From positions 61,126 to 125,125 of the forward strand of contig JACPAB010000002.1 of NCBI GenBank assembly GCA_016181045.1: a stretch of DNA of 64,000 bases, written 5' to 3'. Source of the stretch: Candidatus Yanofskybacteria bacterium (GTDB lineage Bacteria; Patescibacteriota; Minisyncoccia; 2-02-FULL-40-12; GWA2-44-9). Position 1 is the stretch's first letter; each line of letters begins with the position of its first letter. The notes under the pieces are model-generated. The model was given only the letters and a program-made list of their open reading frames with translations, was not told the DNA's origin and did not search any database. Positions 59,659 through 64,000 of the stretch are shown here, one piece after another. Made by a program: the position numbers and the translations under genes.

Positions 59659-60411
59659 TTATTTTGCTTTCTTTTTGATTACTTTTTTCTTACCTTCCGG
59701 CTTGCCCACCGAAGCTTTAGCGAAGGTGGGAACGTCTATACTCGATACTAATTTGAAATGGTCAACCAATATCTCGGCGGCCTTTTTCATGGCCTCTTCC
59801 GGCTGGATGGAACCGTCGGTCTCGACTTCCATCGTTATCTTGTTGTAGTCGATCTTCTGTCCGACGCGAGTGTTCTCGACTTTAAAATTGACCATCTTTA
59901 CCGGCGAGAATATGGCATCAACGGAAATTACGCCGATAGCTAATTTTTCCTTCTGTCTCTGGTCAACCGGAACGTAGCCGGTGCCTTTTTCGACGTCGAG
60001 CTCCATGCTGAACTCGGCCTTTTTGTCGGTCAAGGTGACAATGTGCTGATCTTCGTTTATCAATTCGACATCGGAGGTGAGCTTGATATCTCCGGCTTTG
60101 ACCTCGCCGTCGCCTTTGGCTTGGAGGGTCAGTTTGACCGGGCCGTCGCCGTAGAGTTTGAAACGGATCTTCTTTACGTTCTGGATGACTTCGATGACAT
60201 CTTCCAGGACTCCGGGCATGGACGTGAACTCGTGGTCAACCCCTTTTATCTTGACCGATGTGATGGCCGCGCCTTCCAGCGAGGACAGCAAAGCGCGCCT
60301 TAAAGGATTAGCAATAGTTGCCCCATAACCGGCCATCAAAGGAGAAATTTCGAACACTCCCTTGTTGCCATCCTTCGATACGACCTTAATTTGTTCCGGT
60401 AGCTGTAACAT
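59659..60411 (-). CDS. rpoA: RNA polymerase alpha subunit (NTD only)
   Basis: GYGATIANPLRRALLSSLEG, HEF..PGVLED, DAIFSPV; 250 aa. Confidence 0.96.
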   Translation of the reverse strand: MLQLPEQIKVVSKDGNKGVFEISPLMAGYGATIANPLRRALLSSLEGAAITSVKIKGVDHEFTSMPGVLEDVIEVIQNVKKIRFKLYGDGPVKLTLQAKGDGEVKAGDIKLTSDVELINEDQHIVTLTDKKAEFSMELDVEKGTGYVPVDQRQKEKLAIGVISVDAIFSPVKMVNFKVENTRVGQKIDYNKITMEVETDGSIQPEEAMKKAAEILVDHFKLVSSIDVPTFAKASVGKPEGKKKVIKKKAK

Positions 60412-60486
60412 GCGTTGACTTACAACCTACGACTTACAACCTACGACTTTATAAACCGTCGTTAGTTGTTTGCCGTTGGTCGTTGG

Positions 60487-61125
60487 TTATCTACTATAGA
60501 ACTCTATTATTGTCTGGATATCCGACAGATCTATTCCGCTCTCCGGCCATGTCGGCGTTCCTTTGATATTCGCGACCAGTTTGTCTTTATCAAAGGATAT
60601 CCAGGCCGGGACCTCGCCCTTCTTGAGCCATTGGGGCACCAGAGAGGCAAAGTACGGGCTTTTCAAACTGCCTTCCCTTATCTTTATTTCGTCGTCCCGG
60701 CCGACTTCGAACGAAGGGATGTCGGTCTTCCTGCCGTTCACCAGGATGTGTCCGTGGTTCACGAGCTGTCTGGCCTGGTCCCGGGACTGGGCCAGGCCCA
60801 TCCGGAAGACCACGTTGTCCAAGCGCATCTCCAGGCGGTTCATGATGTATTCGTAGGGGTCCTTCTTGGAGTGGATGGCGTTTTTGACGTATTTTTTAAA
60901 TTGCTTTTCGAGCATGCGGTAGGTATTCCTGACCTTCTGCTTGGTCTTGAGCTGTTGGCCGTATTCGGAAAGCTTCTTGCGGGTGCCTTTTTGGCCGTGC
61001 ATTCCGGGCGGATACGGCTTTCTGGTCATCGCCGATTTCTGGGAATACGAACGCTCCCCTTTGAGGTAGAGCTTTTGGCCGATGCGCCTTTCTATTTTTT
61101 CTTTTGGTCCTGTATAGCGTGCCAC
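60487..61125 (-). CDS. rpsD: 30S ribosomal protein uS4
   Basis: PYPPGMHG, LEMRLDNVVFR, ARQLVNHGH, IEFYSR. Confidence 0.98.
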   Translation of the reverse strand: MARYTGPKEKIERRIGQKLYLKGERSYSQKSAMTRKPYPPGMHGQKGTRKKLSEYGQQLKTKQKVRNTYRMLEKQFKKYVKNAIHSKKDPYEYIMNRLEMRLDNVVFRMGLAQSRDQARQLVNHGHILVNGRKTDIPSFEVGRDDEIKIREGSLKSPYFASLVPQWLKKGEVPAWISFDKDKLVANIKGTPTWPESGIDLSDIQTIIEFYSR

Positions 61126-61209
61126 TTCAGTTTCCAGTTTTCAGTTTCCAGTTTTCAGTATTGATAACTGATAACTTATTGGAAATTGATAACTGATAAT
61201 TGGTAATTT

Positions 61210-61650
61210 TTATACCCTGCGGGGTTTCTTTCTCCTTACCCCGTTGTGGGCGACGGGGGTAGCATCCTGTAAGCCGGTCAGATTCAATCCCGAACCGGCC
61301 AGCCCTCTGATGGCCGACTCTCGGCCCGGTCCGATACCCTTAACGATAACCTTGATGTTCATTAAATTAAATTTTTTGGCCTTCTCCACGCAGTCCTTGG
61401 CAACCAGGTTGGCGGCGTAAGGAGTGGATTTCTTGGTGCCCTTGAAGCCGATGGAACCGGCCGAAGACCAGGCGATTATCTCTCCTTTGGTATCGCTTAT
61501 CGCAACAATGGTGTTGTTGTATGAAACGCTGATGTGGGCGATGCCGTTGATGACCTGCTTCTTTGAGGCCTTCTTGGAAACCGAACCCTCGGCCTGTCCG
61601 GCTGAATCAGATGTCGCGTCTGCTTTTATGATAATTCGCTTTTTACCCAT
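61210..61650 (-). CDS. rpsK: 30S ribosomal protein uS11
   Basis: SYNNTI, GFKGTKKSTPYAA, TPVAHNG. Confidence 0.98.
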   Translation of the reverse strand: MGKKRIIIKADATSDSAGQAEGSVSKKASKKQVINGIAHISVSYNNTIVAISDTKGEIIAWSSAGSIGFKGTKKSTPYAANLVAKDCVEKAKKFNLMNIKVIVKGIGPGRESAIRGLAGSGLNLTGLQDATPVAHNGVRRKKPRRV

Positions 61651-61751
61651 GTTAGTCAGTTATCATTTATCATTTTCCAGTTTCCATTAAATGTTTCATT
61701 GTTCAATTGGTAAATCATTGGAAAATGGTAACTGGTAAATGGAAAATAATC

Positions 61752-62138
61752 TCATGTCTTTTCCGATGTCGTCTTGCGTCCCGAACCCATTGTCTTTCGG
61801 ACATTGCCTCTCAACGTCCTGGAATTGGTCTTGCTGCGTCCATGTATCGGCAGTTTCCTTGAATGTCGGAGGCCTCTCCAGGCGCCGACCTCTTTAAGAC
61901 GTTTTATGTTCTGGGCGACTTCTTTTCTCAAGTCCCCCTCGACTTTGTAGTTGGTCTCGATTATTTTCTGTATCTTGTTGAGTTCGTCAGTGGAAAGGTC
62001 TTTGGCCCTTTTGTCCGGGTCCACTTTTGCGGACCTCAAGATGACCGTGCTGGCCGAAAGTCCGATGCCATACAGGTAGGGTAATGCGTATAAAACTTTT
62101 TTGTTGTCTGGGATATTAAATCCTAATATGCGGGGCAT
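61752..62138 (-). CDS. rpsM: 30S ribosomal protein uS13
   Basis: MPRILG.NIP..K, YGIG, VEGDLR, RGLRH. Confidence 0.98.
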   Translation of the reverse strand: MPRILGFNIPDNKKVLYALPYLYGIGLSASTVILRSAKVDPDKRAKDLSTDELNKIQKIIETNYKVEGDLRKEVAQNIKRLKEVGAWRGLRHSRKLPIHGRSKTNSRTLRGNVRKTMGSGRKTTSEKT

Positions 62139-62265
62139 ATGAATCAATTAACAATTATCATTTTCCAATTTCCATTAAATTTAACAATGTCTCATTTATC
62201 AATTTCCGAAAATGTTTCAATGGTTAAATGGTAAATCATTGGTAAATGGTAACTGGTAAATGTTT

Positions 62266-62379
62266 TTACCCTTGTCGTTGTTTATGTTTCGCGGTCTTGC
62301 AAATACAATAGAGGCGACCTTTTCGCCTTACTAATACGCAGTTCTTGCACATTTTTTTAACTGATGCTCTAACCTTCAT
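62266..62379 (-). CDS. rpmJ: 50S ribosomal protein bL36 (zinc-binding type)
   Basis: Hand translation [37 protein letters not shown]. Confidence 0.97.
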   Translation of the reverse strand: MKVRASVKKMCKNCVLVRRKGRLYCICKTAKHKQRQG

Positions 62380-62450
62380 CCCGTTAGAGGTAGCCCCGCC
62401 AAGGTCCTACGGACTCGCGACTTGGTCGCGAGCGAGACCTCTAACGGGAT
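62378..62450. mobile_element. MITE-like element with 14-bp TIRs between infA and rpmJ
   Basis: ATCCCGTTAGAGGT...ACCTCTAACGGGAT. Confidence 0.75.
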
Positions 62451-62457
62451 TCATTAT

Positions 62458-62676
62458 TTAAAATTTATGGCGGAAGGTTATCCGGCCCTTGTCCCCGTCC
62501 GGGCTAAGCTCCATCTCAACCTTATCGCCTATCATTACTTTTATGTAATGCAAACGCATCTTGCCGGCCAGGTAGGCCAAAATTTCCCTGCCGTCTTCCA
62601 GCTGGACCCTGAATTTGGTGTCCGGAAGAGCTTCGATGACCGTCCCCATGACTTTTACTTTCTGTTTGTTTTCCAA
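62458..62676 (-). CDS. infA: Translation initiation factor IF-1
   Basis: EALPDTKFRV.L, LAGKMRLHYIKV..GDKV, KGRI. Confidence 0.97.
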   Translation of the reverse strand: MENKQKVKVMGTVIEALPDTKFRVQLEDGREILAYLAGKMRLHYIKVMIGDKVEMELSPDGDKGRITFRHKF

Positions 62677-62821
62677 AATTTTGCCAAATAAAATACCCGC
62701 CTTTTCTTGCTTTAGGAAAGGGTGAAGGCACGCTGTTTAAAAATCGCAGCACCACCCCTTCCATCCCCTGAATATGAGGTATTTTTAAGCTTTCTTATAT
62801 TATCAGAAACCTCATCCAACG

Positions 62822-64000
62822 TCAATAGTTTATATTGATGATGGTTTTTTCGGGCTTATTCGGGATGCTTTTGACCCAGAATGGGGACAATATCACCTTG
62901 GCGGATCCTACTCCGGCAACGCCCCGAAGATAGGATTTTATATCGTCTTCGTCTTTTCCGGCCAGTTCCTGTTTTATCTTGCCGGTGTCTATTTTTGCGT
63001 AGGCGGTGCCCGATATGGCGACCGTAAACTCAAGCAGGTTCTCGGCGTCCTTGAAATTAATGGACTTGTAGCTCAACTGGAGCTTGTCCGGAATTACTTC
63101 CAGATTCCTGGTCTTTTCGACGTGCTGTTTAACCAGCCCGTCGAGGTCCGGCTGATTGAACCCGATGGTCTTGAGCGAGCCCTTGAGCGACATGGTAAAG
63201 CTGTCGGCCGCTTCGTCTATCTTGGCGCTCGATTCCGGCTGGCCTATTTTTACGGATAACTTGTCGATGGTCTTGAGTCCCGCCGTCTGGAGCTTGAGGC
63301 CTTCGTCGATATCTTTTTGGAGCTGGGCTTGGAGTGTCTCCTTGGCTTTGTTGTAGTCGTTTTCGGTAATCACTTTTGCCCGGCCGCTTATCCCGCCCTT
63401 CATCGCTTCGGCGGTTTCTCCGTAGATCTTCTCATACCGGCCGGCGTCGGCTCTTTCGTTGAAGGCCGGGATAACGAATTTTCCGGCAGAGATGTTATAC
63501 GTCTCTCCGGCTTTATCGGCGACAACCTCGACATCTACCGCGCCGGGGGTTATCTCGCCGTTGGCCACTTTGGTTCCGGGGACGGTCACCGTCGTCAGCG
63601 TCCGGAAGATAAGGCCGTCTTTTTCGAACCGAGTTGTGGCGATAAGGACCTGCGGGGTCGTGCCATAGGCGTTATAAATCTTCATCATGCCTCGGGCTTT
63701 CTGGGCGACGTCTTTCTCGCCTGTGGCCGGGAATGTCCGGCTGACGGTCTTGTCAACACTGAAAAGCTGTCCAGGGATCTTGTTCAAATTCTGATCTACC
63801 AAAGAAAATTTATCCGAAGCGGAGACCTTCAGCTCCGTTTCGAGGGGCTGTTTTTGCGGAACGATCTCTATTCTTGCGTTTCCGGTGGATACGAATATTA
63901 TCGCTCCCAAAAGAAGAAGAGAAACGCCTCCAAGGATAATGACAGATTTTTTGGACAAATTCCTGAATTCGAACCGGAAAAACGGTTTTCGTGGTTCAGC
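62822..64000 (-). CDS. CPR-type membrane-anchored protein with baseplate-J-like region (5' end probably outside window)
   Basis: TM, KARG...YN, TRF, ADKAGETYNI, MKGG, LSPFW..SIP. Confidence 0.7.
   Translation of the reverse strand, partial: AEPRKPFFRFEFRNLSKKSVIILGGVSLLLLGAIIFVSTGNARIEIVPQKQPLETELKVSASDKFSLVDQNLNKIPGQLFSVDKTVSRTFPATGEKDVAQKARGMMKIYNAYGTTPQVLIATTRFEKDGLIFRTLTTVTVPGTKVANGEITPGAVDVEVVADKAGETYNISAGKFVIPAFNERADAGRYEKIYGETAEAMKGGISGRAKVITENDYNKAKETLQAQLQKDIDEGLKLQTAGLKTIDKLSVKIGQPESSAKIDEAADSFTMSLKGSLKTIGFNQPDLDGLVKQHVEKTRNLEVIPDKLQLSYKSINFKDAENLLEFTVAISGTAYAKIDTGKIKQELAGKDEDDIKSYLRGVAGVGSAKVILSPFWVKSIPNKPEKTIININY

Noticed and set aside
76-63668. Numerous antisense or overlapping ORFs in the track (e.g. 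1200-1724, 43386-44033, 51740-52465, 60466-61164)
   Set aside because: They are shadows of well-supported genes on the opposite strand and show no independent motifs.
1-64000. Alternative genetic code (TGA=Gly) or prophage
   Set aside because: Core genes end normally at TGA (ftsI, def, rpsM) and are uninterrupted; no integrase, terminase or capsid genes; the baseplate-J-like gene stands alone.

Overview
This 64-kb window looks like chromosomal DNA of a Patescibacteria/CPR (Parcubacteria-type) bacterium using standard code 11. That call is inferred from the gene content, many apparently leaderless genes, a short RpoA and CPR-style hypothetical proteins. Housekeeping blocks: rplJ with an L10 leader; mraZ-rsmH-ftsL-ftsI-murF; rplU, recR, intein-containing dnaB, cysS; CIRCE-hrcA-grpE-dnaK/dnaJ; efp; znuCB; fmt-def-priA; gltX; rpmA, rplI, ctpA; a surface-glycan cluster; mreB; and infA-rpmJ-rpsM-rpsK-rpsD-rpoA-rplQ-rplM-rpsI. 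Two tRNAs are present (Val-CAC, Glu-CTC). The unusual signals are mostly non-coding. (1) An unannotated ~465-nt structured RNA with its own promoter and terminator lies antisense between dnaK and dnaJ. (2) efp lacks its conserved C-terminal end and runs into ~350 nt of long hairpins. (3) A ~64-nt RNA with a tRNA-like ACCA end faces a nuclease-like gene. (4) CCC...GGG-bounded miniature palindromic elements are inserted in frame into many core genes. (5) TrpR-like and PaaX/Cas2-like genes are each bracketed by two copies of their own palindrome. (6) Mirror-arranged heptamer repeats fill many spacers. All structures were paired by eye; no searches or folding computations were run.
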